A stretch of 61,101 nucleotides of DNA from Lentisphaeria bacterium. GTDB taxonomy: Bacteria; Verrucomicrobiota; Lentisphaeria; Victivallales; Victivallaceae. The notes under the pieces were generated by a model, which saw only the letters and a program-made list of their open reading frames with translations, ran no database searches and was not told the DNA's origin. How positions within the stretch are numbered: the first letter of the stretch is position 1; each line of letters begins with the position of its first letter. The stretch is taken from positions 1 to 61,101 of the forward strand of contig JAFVUZ010000028.1 in assembly GCA_017502435.1 (NCBI GenBank), given 5' to 3'. Positions 18,530 through 31,036 of this stretch are shown piece after piece. Made by a program: the position numbers and the translations under genes.

Positions 18530-18978
18530 TGAGGGCATTGATTCAGAGAGTTTCCCATGCCAAAGTTACCGTTGACGGTGTTGTGACCGGACATATTGAC
18601 AACAGCGGCATTCTCATTCTGCTCGGTGTGACGCATACAGATACCATTGAAGATGTCAAATATCTCGCCCGCCGTGCTGTGAACTTGCGTATTTTTCATG
18701 ATGATGAAGGCAAAATGAACCGTTCACTGCTGGATATAGGCGGAGGTGCTTTGGTTATTTCCCAGTTTACTCTTTATGCTGACAGCCGCAAGGGCAACCG
18801 TCCGGGGTACAGTGATGCCGCAGCTCCTGATTATGCGGAAAAACTCTATGAAGAGTTCAAAAAAGAGATTCAGACATATTCTTTGAGTGAATTCGGATGC
18901 GGTATTTTCGGGGCTGAAATGGCGGTCGATTTCTGTAATATGGGGCCTGTAACAATAATGTTAGAGTCAAAAAAATGA
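18529..18978 (+). CDS. dtd: D-aminoacyl-tRNA deacylase
   Basis: [17 protein letters not shown] and SQFTLYAD are typical Dtd motifs. 149 aa. TGATG overlap with folE. Confidence 0.95.
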   Translation: MRALIQRVSHAKVTVDGVVTGHIDNSGILILLGVTHTDTIEDVKYLARRAVNLRIFHDDEGKMNRSLLDIGGGALVISQFTLYADSRKGNRPGYSDAAAPDYAEKLYEEFKKEIQTYSLSEFGCGIFGAEMAVDFCNMGPVTIMLESKK

Positions 18979-20114
18979 GAAAAAAAGTCGCACTGCTCGG
19001 CAGTACCGGATCTGTTGGACGCAATGCCTGTAAGGTTCTGGCATTTCACAGAGATAAATTTGAAGTCAAGTCGCTTTCTGCCAATGTAAATTACAAGATG
19101 CTTTTTCACCAGGCCGCAGCTCTCGGAGCAAAAAATGCGGTTGTGGTGCATGATACTTTTTTTGAACACGCCTGTGCGGAAAAGCCGTCAGATTTGAAAC
19201 TTTCAAAAGGTGTGCAGGGCATGATTGATTGTGCCTGTGACCCGGAAATTGATATTGTGATTTGTTCCATTCTCGGCAACGGTGCATTGGATGTGGTGCT
19301 GAATGCTTTGAAATGCGGCAAGACAGTCGCACTGGCAAGCAAGGAAGTAATGCTAATGGCAGGTAAACTTGTCATGGATACGGCAAAAAAGTACGGCGGC
19401 AGCATAATTCCGGTTGACAGTGAACATTCAGCGATTTTTCAATGTCTGCAGTCGCATGATGAGAAGGCGGTGAAGTCTCTCGTTCTGACCTGTTCAGGCG
19501 GGCCTTTCAGGACTTTTTCTGCGGAGCAGATTGGTAAAGTTACGCTTGAAGATGCGCTGAATCATCCCGTCTGGTCTATGGGGCGGAAAATTACTGTCGA
19601 TTCAGCATCTCTGATGAACAAGGCACTTGAAGTTGTTGAAGCGGCATATCTTTTCGGCGTGGAGGAAAAAAATATTCAGGTTGTTGTGCATCCGGAGGGG
19701 ATAGTACATTCTCTGGTTGAATTTAAAGACAATTCATTGGTCGGACTTTTCTCCAAACCTACTATGGAACTGCCGATCCAGTACGCATTGAGTTATCCGG
19801 AGGTGCTGGAGTCGGAGGCGGAACGGTTGGACTTGACTGCTCTCGGTGCATTGCATTTTGAAAAAGTCAATCCGTTTTTTCCCTCAATAGAGTTTGCCCG
19901 TCATGCTCTTTTGTGCGGCAAAAATATGCCGCTGGTCATGAATGCGGCAAATGATGTGGCTGTGAAAAAATTCTGTGACGGCAAAATCGCTTTTACGGAA
20001 ATTTGGAATATAATTGAAAAAACTATGGCAAAAACTGCTCTTTGTGAACTTGAAAGTATCGAAGATGTCCGTCAGGCTGATGCTGAAGCACGGATAATGG
20101 CTGAAAATATTTAA
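18975..20114 (+). CDS. dxr: 1-deoxy-D-xylulose 5-phosphate reductoisomerase
   Basis: LGSTGSVGRN NADPH motif, LASKE, VDSEHSAIFQC. ATGA overlap with dtd. Confidence 0.95.
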   Translation: MRKKVALLGSTGSVGRNACKVLAFHRDKFEVKSLSANVNYKMLFHQAAALGAKNAVVVHDTFFEHACAEKPSDLKLSKGVQGMIDCACDPEIDIVICSILGNGALDVVLNALKCGKTVALASKEVMLMAGKLVMDTAKKYGGSIIPVDSEHSAIFQCLQSHDEKAVKSLVLTCSGGPFRTFSAEQIGKVTLEDALNHPVWSMGRKITVDSASLMNKALEVVEAAYLFGVEEKNIQVVVHPEGIVHSLVEFKDNSLVGLFSKPTMELPIQYALSYPEVLESEAERLDLTALGALHFEKVNPFFPSIEFARHALLCGKNMPLVMNAANDVAVKKFCDGKIAFTEIWNIIEKTMAKTALCELESIEDVRQADAEARIMAENI

Positions 20115-20128
20115 CGGAAGGAAATTTT

Positions 20129-21790
20129 ATGACTTGGGCAATGATTCTGGATTATCTGTCAATGGCAGGTGCGTTTATTTTTATGGTATTCTTTTTCGGT
20201 TCATGTGTTTTTGTGCATGAACTCGGTCATTTTCTGGTTGCCAAATGGCGTGGATTGCATATTGACGCATTTTCAATCGGATTCAAAAAGATATGGGGCA
20301 AAAAGATCAACGGTGTAGAATACCGTATCGGCTGGTTGCCGCTCGGAGGTTATGTCGAACTGCCGCAGGTCGATTCCGCCAGAGATGAAATAAAGGCCGC
20401 AGACGGAACAGTTCTGCCGCCTGCCAAGCCGCTTGACAGACTGCTTACAGCTTTTGCCGGACCTTTTTTCAATGTTATCTACGGTCTGCTGCTGGGATGT
20501 CTGGTCTGGTGGATCGGTATTCCGCAGGATTCTCCGAAAATGCGTGAGATAACCGTCGCCTCCATCGTTGAAAAATCTCCTGAATATGCGGCTGGATTGC
20601 GTAAAGGTGACAAAATAGTCAAACTCAACGGCAGAGAGTTCCGCATGACCTGGGCTGAATTTACCAAAGATATTCTGCTCTCAATCGGTGAAGTTGAACT
20701 CGAAGTTGTCCGTGACGGCAAAAAATATTCTGTCCGTTATACTCCCGCAGTCAATCCGAATGCTCCCGGCAATTTGAAATATGAGAAAATCGCATGGCCG
20801 TTTTTTGAGCCGGAAATTCCGATTGAACTCTATCCTGCAAAAAATTCAGAGGCGGAAAAAGGCGGCCTCCGCAAAGGCGACCTGCTTGTTTCTGTCAATG
20901 GAAATAAATTTACCGATTATGTCGATTTTATTCAGTATATCCGCTTGAGCGGTGAGAAAAAATTTGTGTTTGAAGTCAAACGCGGTACTGAAATCGTAAA
21001 ATGCGAGGTCGTGCCGTTTGTATTGCAGAATCCTGACGGACGCTATATGATAGGCATTTCCTATGAGCCGAAAATGCCGCTGACTGTCGGTACTGCCGGC
21101 AAATATTATCCTGCCGCCAGAGCAGGTATTCTTCCCGGAGATGTTATTGAAAAATGGAACGGCAGAAAATTTGAAAGCATTGCTGAATTTCAACAGCTGG
21201 CAGCTCAGAACAGAGGTGAAAAAGTTACTGTCACCATTAAACGTAATGATAAATTTATTGATATTGATGTTGTTCCTGAAAAGTTGCAGATTTCAACTGT
21301 CGGTCTGGTGATCGGTCTCAAAGATCATCCCAATCCCATTCAGCAGTTTTATGCAACTGTTGAGATGAGTTTCAAATCCCTCCGCGGTCTTTTGACCACC
21401 ATCGGCAATATGCTTGGTATGACCGAATCGACCAGTTCAATTCAGTTGCGTCATATGTCAGGGCCTGCAGGAATTGCAGATACACTTTTCAATGCGGTAC
21501 GTCAATCCAGCATTATGACGGGGATTTATTTTGTGGTGGTGATCTGTTTCGCGTTGGCGATATTCAATCTGCTGCCGCTGCCGGTGCTTGACGGTGGGCA
21601 TATCGTTTTTGCTTTTATTGAGATAATTTTCCGCCGTCCGATTCCGAAATGTATTATTGCTGTGCTTTCATATATTTTCATCGGTCTTCTGATTTTGATG
21701 ATGATATATGTTACATTCTTTGATTTACTGCGTCTTGCTCCGACTTCTTTGCGTGAAAAATTTGTAAAAACAGAACAGGCAGACAAATGA
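20129..21790 (+). CDS. rseP: RIP metalloprotease RseP (M50 site-2 protease with multiple PDZ domains)
   Basis: HELGHF zinc motif near the N-terminus, PDZ-like repeats (GLRKGD.. motif three times), and C-terminal NLLPLPVLDGGH. Confidence 0.9.
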   Translation: MTWAMILDYLSMAGAFIFMVFFFGSCVFVHELGHFLVAKWRGLHIDAFSIGFKKIWGKKINGVEYRIGWLPLGGYVELPQVDSARDEIKAADGTVLPPAKPLDRLLTAFAGPFFNVIYGLLLGCLVWWIGIPQDSPKMREITVASIVEKSPEYAAGLRKGDKIVKLNGREFRMTWAEFTKDILLSIGEVELEVVRDGKKYSVRYTPAVNPNAPGNLKYEKIAWPFFEPEIPIELYPAKNSEAEKGGLRKGDLLVSVNGNKFTDYVDFIQYIRLSGEKKFVFEVKRGTEIVKCEVVPFVLQNPDGRYMIGISYEPKMPLTVGTAGKYYPAARAGILPGDVIEKWNGRKFESIAEFQQLAAQNRGEKVTVTIKRNDKFIDIDVVPEKLQISTVGLVIGLKDHPNPIQQFYATVEMSFKSLRGLLTTIGNMLGMTESTSSIQLRHMSGPAGIADTLFNAVRQSSIMTGIYFVVVICFALAIFNLLPLPVLDGGHIVFAFIEIIFRRPIPKCIIAVLSYIFIGLLILMMIYVTFFDLLRLAPTSLREKFVKTEQADK

Positions 21791-22878
21791 GAAAAATTAC
21801 CCGCATTGTCAATGTCGGTTCATGTGCCGTCGGAGGTAATAATCCCATACGCATCCAGAGTATGTGTGATACTGATACCCGCAATGCGGCTCAAAGTCTC
21901 GCCCAGATAAATGAACTTGCCAAAGCCGGATGCGAAATAATCCGCCTTGCCGCTCCCGACATCCGTGCGGCTGAAGTTTTGAAAGAGATCGTTGCAGAAA
22001 GTCCCATTCCTGTAATTGCCGATGTGCATTTTGACGGCAGGATCGCACTCAAAGCTCTCGAAAGCGGCGTTCATGCTCTGCGTATCAATCCCGGAAATCT
22101 TCAGAGTGAGGAAATGGTCAAAGCCATTGCATTCAAAGCACTTGACTGCGGAGCCGTTATCAGAGTCGGGGCAAATTCCGGCAGTGTGGATGCGGATTTA
22201 CTCAAGGATTGTCAGGCAAAATTCAATGATCCTGCCCAAGCCATGACTGAAGCATTGATAAAAAGTGTTATTCAGCAGTGTGAATTATTGGAAAAATATA
22301 ACTTCAAAGATATAAAAGTTTCTTTGAAATCATCTTCGGTTCCAATTACGCTGGATGCTTATAAAGTTTTTTCGGGGCGTTACGATTATCCGCTGCATAT
22401 CGGCATTACCGAGGCCGGAACTTTACGCCGCGGCATGATAAAGTCTGCTGTCGGAATCGGGCATTTGCTGTTGTCCGGCATAGGAGATACTCTGCGGGTC
22501 AGCCTGACTGCCGATCCGGTTGAAGAGGTCAGAACCGCCATTGCAATCCTTGAAAGCTGCGGTCTGCGTCATCCGGAACCGGAACTTGTAAGTTGTCCGA
22601 CTTGCGGCAGGACGGAGATAGATTTGAAATATCTTGCTGAAGAGGTGGAAAATTTCATTGATGAACTCAAAGCTGCCGGACATTCTCTGCCTTTCAAAAA
22701 AATCGCCGTAATGGGCTGTATCGTCAATGGCCCCGGTGAAGCACGTGATGCAGACTGGGGAATTGCCGGCGGTAAAGGAAAAATCGCCGTTTTCAACTTC
22801 GGCAGATTGTATGGAACTTACCCCGAAAAAGAGGGACTTGAGATATTTAAAGAAATAATCCGCAATAATGCGAAGTGA
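21787..22878 (+). CDS. ispG: 4-hydroxy-3-methylbut-2-en-1-yl diphosphate synthase
   Basis: IRIQSMCDTDT, RINPGN, and the CPTCGR plus GCIVNGPGE Fe-S cluster motifs. ATGA overlap with rseP. Confidence 0.95.
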   Translation: MRKITRIVNVGSCAVGGNNPIRIQSMCDTDTRNAAQSLAQINELAKAGCEIIRLAAPDIRAAEVLKEIVAESPIPVIADVHFDGRIALKALESGVHALRINPGNLQSEEMVKAIAFKALDCGAVIRVGANSGSVDADLLKDCQAKFNDPAQAMTEALIKSVIQQCELLEKYNFKDIKVSLKSSSVPITLDAYKVFSGRYDYPLHIGITEAGTLRRGMIKSAVGIGHLLLSGIGDTLRVSLTADPVEEVRTAIAILESCGLRHPEPELVSCPTCGRTEIDLKYLAEEVENFIDELKAAGHSLPFKKIAVMGCIVNGPGEARDADWGIAGGKGKIAVFNFGRLYGTYPEKEGLEIFKEIIRNNAK

Positions 22879-22885
22879 GGTGTTT

Positions 22886-25489
22886 ATGGAGTGGAGAGGT
22901 TTGAATGATATTGAAGTTGCAAAAAGCCGTGAAAAGTATGGAACAAATGCGTTGACACATATACCGCCGGAACCGTTGTGGGTGAAAGTTCTGAACGGTT
23001 TCAAAGATCCGATGATTGTTATTTTGCTGGTGGCTCTTGCTGTTCAGCTGGTCCTTTTTCTTTTCGGTCAGGCCCACTGGTACGAAGCGGCGGGTGTTTT
23101 CATTGCCATTATCATCGCCAACGGAGTGGCTTCTCTGAGTGAATGCAGTCAGGAAAAAAAGGCATCGCTTCTGAAACTTCAGGAGGAGGCGGGCGAACTT
23201 GCCAAAGTCATACGCAACGGTGTATTGCAGGAATGTCATGTCAGCGATCTGGTGGTCGGTGATGTTGTAAGTCTGCAGGCGGGAGACAAAATTCCCGCTG
23301 ACGGTATTCTGCTGGAAAAAAGCGTCAAAGTCGATCAGGCCTCATTGAACGGGGAAACTGAGGAGGCGGAAAAAATTGTCTGTCCGGATAATGCAGTTTT
23401 TGATGTGAAAGATCTGCTCAATCCCTATTATATTTACCGCGGTACAGTTGTTGCAGGCGGCGAAGCCTTTATGGAAGTCAAAGTCGTCGGAGACAGGACA
23501 CTTTTCGGAGAACTTGCACTTGAGGTGCAGGAGGAGAGCCGCAAAACACCTTTGCAGGTGAAATTGGGCAAACTTGCCAAACAGATTTCAATTTTCGGAT
23601 ATGCCGGAGCAATGGTAATTATTCTCGGAATCCTCGGCAAACATATTCTGACCGGAGATATTCCGCATGATTTTATCGGCTGGGTCAAAATGCTGCTCAA
23701 TATTGTAACTGTTGCAGTGACTATTATTGTTTGTGCTGTTCCTGAAGGTCTGCCGATGCTGACTTCGATACTGCTGGCAATGCAGAGTCTCAAAATGGCG
23801 AAAGACAATGTGCTTGTCCGAAAAATAAACGGCCTGGAGACCGCCGGCAGTCTGAATTTGCTGTACAGCGACAAAACCGGAACTATTACCGAGGGCAGAC
23901 TTTCTGTGGTCGAACTTGTTACCGGCAGTATGCAGCAGTTTGACTGTTTGAAAAATATGCATGGCAGTCTCAAACTTGATATACTGAATGGTATCGGCTT
24001 GAATAACAGTGCCTCTGTCGGCAATGGTTCCGTCATCGGCGGCAACAGTACAGACCGTGCATTGATGGCATTTCTGCTGGATGAAGAAATCGCTCATACT
24101 GTTGACCGTCAAAGTGTTATGGATTTCGACCCGTTTGATTCCGCCAAAAAATATTCAAAAGTCACTGTCAAAAGCGAAAATAAAAGCGTTTCTTATATCA
24201 AAGGCGCACCCGAAAAAATTATTGAAAAATGCTCATTTTGTCTCGACAGTGCCGGAAATCAGGTGCAGTTTGAGGATAAAAATCCGCTCATTGAATATAT
24301 TGATGCTCAAGCCGCACGTTCCATGCGGCTGCTCGCTGTCGCCAAATGTGAAGGCACTCAGATTGGTGAAGCATGTACGCTTGTCGCCGTCATCAGTATC
24401 CGTGACAATGTCCGGGCCGAGTCGGTCGAAGCAATCCAACAGGTCAAAAATGCTTCAGTTCAGGTGGTTATGGTCACCGGTGACCGCAAAGAGACCGCTG
24501 TCGCTATTGCCAAAGAGGCATCTCTGCTTGAAAAAGATTCCGATATCGCCATGAGTTCCGCTGAACTTGCTGAAAAAACAGATGATGAACTGAAAAAACT
24601 GCTGCCGGATCTGCGGGTGGTCGCCCGTGCATTGCCCACCGACAAAAGCCGTCTGGTGCGTGTAGCTCAGGAACTTGATTACGTCGTCGGCATGACCGGT
24701 GACGGAGTGAATGATTCGCCTGCATTGAAAAAAGCGGATGTCGGTTTTGCCATGGGCAGCGGCACTGAAGTTGCCAAAGAAGCTGGAGATATTACAATTC
24801 TTGATGATAATTTCCTCTCTATTGAAAAAGCCATCCTTTACGGCAGAACCATGTTCAAAAACATCCGTAAATTTCTCATTTTCCAGCTGACTGTCAATGT
24901 TGCAGCTGTGCTGACCTGCTGTCTCGGACCGTTTCTCGGTGAAGATGTGGTGCTGACAGTTGTCCAGCTGCTGATAATCAATCTGGCGATGGATACGCTG
25001 GTGGCGATCGCTTTCGGCAGTGAACCGCCGGTTCAGGAATATATGCAGGACAAACCGGTTAAACGTGATGCCGGCATGATAACCGGCAATATGGCGGGAG
25101 AAATTCTGCTCGGCTCATTGTATATTACCTGTATTTCGCTCGGAATACTGTTTTTCGCACCGTTGAGGGAACTTTTCGGAGATGTCAGCATGACTTATCT
25201 CAAATCGGCGGTTTTTGCGACCTTCATGATGGCGATAACCTTCAACGGTTTCAATGCCAGAACTGAAGATATTAATCCGTTCAAACGTATCGGCAGCAAC
25301 CCCAATTTCCTGCTGATTATGCTGTTGATATTCGCTCTGCAGTATCTTTTTGTGACATTCGGCGGCAAAACATTCGGAGTTGAAAGCCTTTCACTGCACA
25401 GCTGGGGTATCTGTTTGGCTTTGGCTCTTTTGATAATTCCTCTTGATATGATACGAAAAATCGTGTTGAAAGGGCTTAAAAAGGCTTAA
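22886..25489 (+). CDS. P-type (Ca2+/cation) transporting ATPase, P2-type
   Basis: DKTGTIT phosphorylation site, MVTGDRKETA, TGDGVNDSPALKKADVG. ATG 22886 follows a GAGG RBS; the ORF-track start at 22868 overlaps ispG. Confidence 0.9.
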   Translation: MEWRGLNDIEVAKSREKYGTNALTHIPPEPLWVKVLNGFKDPMIVILLVALAVQLVLFLFGQAHWYEAAGVFIAIIIANGVASLSECSQEKKASLLKLQEEAGELAKVIRNGVLQECHVSDLVVGDVVSLQAGDKIPADGILLEKSVKVDQASLNGETEEAEKIVCPDNAVFDVKDLLNPYYIYRGTVVAGGEAFMEVKVVGDRTLFGELALEVQEESRKTPLQVKLGKLAKQISIFGYAGAMVIILGILGKHILTGDIPHDFIGWVKMLLNIVTVAVTIIVCAVPEGLPMLTSILLAMQSLKMAKDNVLVRKINGLETAGSLNLLYSDKTGTITEGRLSVVELVTGSMQQFDCLKNMHGSLKLDILNGIGLNNSASVGNGSVIGGNSTDRALMAFLLDEEIAHTVDRQSVMDFDPFDSAKKYSKVTVKSENKSVSYIKGAPEKIIEKCSFCLDSAGNQVQFEDKNPLIEYIDAQAARSMRLLAVAKCEGTQIGEACTLVAVISIRDNVRAESVEAIQQVKNASVQVVMVTGDRKETAVAIAKEASLLEKDSDIAMSSAELAEKTDDELKKLLPDLRVVARALPTDKSRLVRVAQELDYVVGMTGDGVNDSPALKKADVGFAMGSGTEVAKEAGDITILDDNFLSIEKAILYGRTMFKNIRKFLIFQLTVNVAAVLTCCLGPFLGEDVVLTVVQLLIINLAMDTLVAIAFGSEPPVQEYMQDKPVKRDAGMITGNMAGEILLGSLYITCISLGILFFAPLRELFGDVSMTYLKSAVFATFMMAITFNGFNARTEDINPFKRIGSNPNFLLIMLLIFALQYLFVTFGGKTFGVESLSLHSWGICLALALLIIPLDMIRKIVLKGLKKA

Positions 25490-25524
25490 AAGCAGAAAAA
25501 AATCATATTTTTTTGACTTTTTCC

Positions 25525-25553
25525 TTGCTAAAATGCAAAAACAGGTTTATATT
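25525..25553 (+). promoter_or_regulatory. sigma70-like promoter of the PpiD-like/speH/yihY/tgt operon
   Basis: TTGCTA (25525-25530), 17-nt spacer, TATATT (25548-25553). Confidence 0.5.
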
Positions 25554-25594
25554 GCTGAAAGTACATTTTAAAAAATTAATATAAGGATTTTTTT

Positions 25595-27214
25595 ATGATC
25601 AGATCAATCAATAGATTTTTCAGTAAAAACAGCCGTTGGCTGTTCGGTATTTTCTCCGTTATCATCATTGTTGCCTTTATGGACTTTCTGTCTCCCGGTA
25701 CATTCGGCGGCTGTATGATGAGCCGCAATGATGAAGTCGGAACGGTTTTCGGCGAAAAAGTTACCTATTCTGACCTCCGCGGCATCATGAATGATATGGA
25801 AATCATTATGACGATGCAGTTCGGCGGCATGAACCGTGATTTGCCGGTCGAAAATGCTTTCTATATTTATGCCCAGATCGAAGCAGCCAAACGCCGCGGC
25901 ATTGTCGTCAGCGATCAGGAGATTGCCGATTACATTATCAAACTTCCCCGTTTTGCAACTGACGGCAAATTTGACAAAAAGATTTATGATAATTTCATGA
26001 AGAATATCAGTGCCCGCGGTCTCGGAAATGAAGATGTCAATCTCGCCATCCGCAACTATCTTCTGATGAATAAACTCGGCTCTGAAATCGAAGCCGCAGT
26101 CGTTGTCACTGATAATGAACTTGAAAACTTCTGCCGCATTTATAATGAAAAAGTCAGCCTCAAACGTCTCGTTTTTAATGTCGCAAGTTACATTCCCAAA
26201 ACCAAAGTCAGCGATGCTGAACTTAAGGAATATTTCAAGGATCACAGCAAAAATTACAAAATTCCCGCACGCTCAAAAGCTCTTATTGCCTGCTTTGAAT
26301 ATGATGCTCCCGCTCTGATCAAAGAAGCGGACAAAACCATCACCGAAGCCGCTATGAAAGAGTATTATGAAAATAACAAGACCCGCTTTACTGTAAATTC
26401 CGGCAAAGGCAGCGTCATTACTCCTTATGCCAAAGCCAAAGCATCCGTCCGTATCAATCTGCGTGCCGACATCATCAAAAAACTTGCTCTGCAGAAAGCA
26501 CAGATTTTTGCCCGTGACGTTTATGACAGTTCTGCTGAAAATGCCGCAAATTGCGGAAAGATTTTCAGTGCCAACGCAGCAAAAAACAAGATAAAGATTA
26601 TTGAAGTTCCATACTTCAAAGCCGATGATACAAAACTCGGTTCAATCGAATCCGCCGCTCTCGTCCGTGAAATCCTTGCCACCGCATCTGATGTTCCTGT
26701 CAGCAATGCAATCGCAACTGAAAAAGGCGTCTATGTCGGTCATGCAGTCGCTTTTGAACCCGAAAGACCCGCAAAAATGGAAGAGGTCAGAAAACAGCTC
26801 GCCGATGACTGTATCCGCAACAAGGCCCGTCAGAGTGCAATCAATGACTGCGAAAAACTTATTGCTGAACTTTCAGCCCTCGCTCCTGAAAAAATGGCGG
26901 CAAAAATAAAAGCCGATAAACGTTTCAAAGATGTTGCTCCCTTCACAATGGCAACTCAGCAGTCTGATCCTGTGGATATGATCACACGTCAGTACACCTA
27001 TAACCTCAAAGCAGGCGAACTTTCCAAACTCATGTTCCTGCCTGACGGTGTCGGTGTTGCATTTGTTGTCAAACGTGAACTTGGTTCTTTGAAGGATTTT
27101 GCTGCTCAGAAAGCACAGCTCGCTCAAATTTACCGCACAATGAAAGCCCAGAGTGCTTTCAAGGATTTTGAAAATTATTTGAGTTCACAATGTGTACTGA
27201 AAATCCAAAAATAA
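25595..27214 (+). CDS. membrane-anchored periplasmic chaperone, PpiD/SurA-N-terminal-domain-like
   Basis: N-terminus MIRSINRFFSKNSRWLFGIFSVIIIVAF is a typical PpiD anchor, followed by a long helical chaperone-like body. I recognised no clear parvulin motif. Confidence 0.7.
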   Translation: MIRSINRFFSKNSRWLFGIFSVIIIVAFMDFLSPGTFGGCMMSRNDEVGTVFGEKVTYSDLRGIMNDMEIIMTMQFGGMNRDLPVENAFYIYAQIEAAKRRGIVVSDQEIADYIIKLPRFATDGKFDKKIYDNFMKNISARGLGNEDVNLAIRNYLLMNKLGSEIEAAVVVTDNELENFCRIYNEKVSLKRLVFNVASYIPKTKVSDAELKEYFKDHSKNYKIPARSKALIACFEYDAPALIKEADKTITEAAMKEYYENNKTRFTVNSGKGSVITPYAKAKASVRINLRADIIKKLALQKAQIFARDVYDSSAENAANCGKIFSANAAKNKIKIIEVPYFKADDTKLGSIESAALVREILATASDVPVSNAIATEKGVYVGHAVAFEPERPAKMEEVRKQLADDCIRNKARQSAINDCEKLIAELSALAPEKMAAKIKADKRFKDVAPFTMATQQSDPVDMITRQYTYNLKAGELSKLMFLPDGVGVAFVVKRELGSLKDFAAQKAQLAQIYRTMKAQSAFKDFENYLSSQCVLKIQK

Positions 27215-28014
27215 TAAATAATGATTTTGCTCTCGGCCGTCAGATGACGGTCGAGTATTATGAGTGCGACCCGCTGATTATCGGCGACGGTGCGGAGATG
27301 GAGAGAATTTTTCTCAATGCCGCAGAGAAATCCGGAGCTCATATTATTTCGTCAAATTTTCACACCTTTGAGCCTCAGGGAGTCAGTGGTGTGATTATTA
27401 TTTCTGAATCGCACTTTACTGTTCATGCCTGGCCCGAACATGATTATGCGGCGGTCGATATTTTCACTTGCGGCGAAAATATTGATTTTGAAATTGCAAT
27501 CAAAACTCTGCAGGAGGGGATGAAGGCTGAATCCGCCATAGTTTCCAGTATCATGAACCGTGGAATAGTCAGCAATAACGGCATGGAACGCCTTGTGCCG
27601 CTGTTTGAAGACAGAAACAGCCGTTATGTTCTTTCATGGGAGAAACGTTTCAAAAGTACCAATGCGGGCGGGATCTCTTCGTCAGTGGATATTTACGAAA
27701 TTTTTTCAGGCAGAGAATTTTCCGTGAGTGATGTCCGTGAATTTGCCCGCCGTTTTGTGCAGGATAATTCGCTTTTTGCGGAATCAAGTTCGATAAGCAG
27801 TTATCAGCTGCCGAATGAAAAAGGCGGTGATTTGATTGTTTTGTATATCGAGGACGGTTTGAAAAATGCCTGTGCCAGATTTTTCCCGGAATCGAATAAA
27901 GTTTATCTGGATATTTTCAGTCCTGATTTTTTTGAACCGAGACAGGCTGCGGAACTGGCAATACGCCTTTTGAACGGGCGGAATTACAGAATGCAAGTCG
28001 CAGTACGTCAATAA
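27190..28014 (+). CDS. speH: S-adenosylmethionine decarboxylase proenzyme homologue (class 1, pyruvoyl) with a duplicated, site-less second half
   Basis: GVSGVIIISESHFTVHAWPEHDYAAVDIFTCG is the canonical ES(H) self-cleavage and core motif. The protein is 274 aa versus about 125 aa for usual bacterial forms. Its 5' end overlaps the preceding gene by 25 nt. Confidence 0.85.
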   Translation: MCTENPKIINNDFALGRQMTVEYYECDPLIIGDGAEMERIFLNAAEKSGAHIISSNFHTFEPQGVSGVIIISESHFTVHAWPEHDYAAVDIFTCGENIDFEIAIKTLQEGMKAESAIVSSIMNRGIVSNNGMERLVPLFEDRNSRYVLSWEKRFKSTNAGGISSSVDIYEIFSGREFSVSDVREFARRFVQDNSLFAESSSISSYQLPNEKGGDLIVLYIEDGLKNACARFFPESNKVYLDIFSPDFFEPRQAAELAIRLLNGRNYRMQVAVRQ

Positions 28015-28027
28015 TTAAGGAGTTTGT

Positions 28028-30386
<2,359 letters not shown>

Positions 30387-30395
30387 GGTATGTAA

Positions 30396-31034
30396 ATGCA
30401 TTTTTTTATTCAATATCTGTGGGAGAATCCGAGATTTTTTCTGTCATGGATGCTGTTTGTTGTATTTTCAATATGTCTGCATGAATTTATGCACGCATAT
30501 ATTGCATTGAAAGAGGGGGATGATACGGCGGCAAGATTGGGACATCTGACCTTGAATCCGCTTAAACAGATGGGTATTTTCAGTTTGATAATGCTGATAC
30601 TGATTGGTTTCTGCTGGGGGAGGGTGCCGGTTGATCCGCGTAATTTCAGACGCAAAAATTCGGATTTGTATGTTTCATTGGCAGGACCTCTGACCAATTT
30701 GGGATTGTTTCTGATATTCGGATTGATTGTGGGGACGGCTTTCAAATTTTTTCCGGAGCAGCTTGACGGCGAGCGGGGAGGTTTTTTTGTCAGTATGTTT
30801 TTCAATGGCAGTATGATGAATATGGTTCTTTTTATTTTCAATATGCTGCCGGTTCCGGGTTTTGACGGGTTCGGAGTGATTCACAGTCTGCTGCCGCAGA
30901 ATTTTAAGGATACAGAGTTTTTCAAAGGGGCGAGTATTGTTATAATCATGCTGGCCTTTGTATTCAGCGACAAACTCTTTTATGCGGGGCAGAAAGCAAC
31001 CTACATTTTGATCAATCTGGTCGTGAATTTGTGA
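30396..31034 (+). CDS. site-2 protease (M50) family membrane protein
   Basis: HEFMH zinc motif in a TM helix, NMLPVPGFDG second motif, 212 aa. Confidence 0.8.
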   Translation: MHFFIQYLWENPRFFLSWMLFVVFSICLHEFMHAYIALKEGDDTAARLGHLTLNPLKQMGIFSLIMLILIGFCWGRVPVDPRNFRRKNSDLYVSLAGPLTNLGLFLIFGLIVGTAFKFFPEQLDGERGGFFVSMFFNGSMMNMVLFIFNMLPVPGFDGFGVIHSLLPQNFKDTEFFKGASIVIIMLAFVFSDKLFYAGQKATYILINLVVNL

Positions 31035-31036
31035 TT

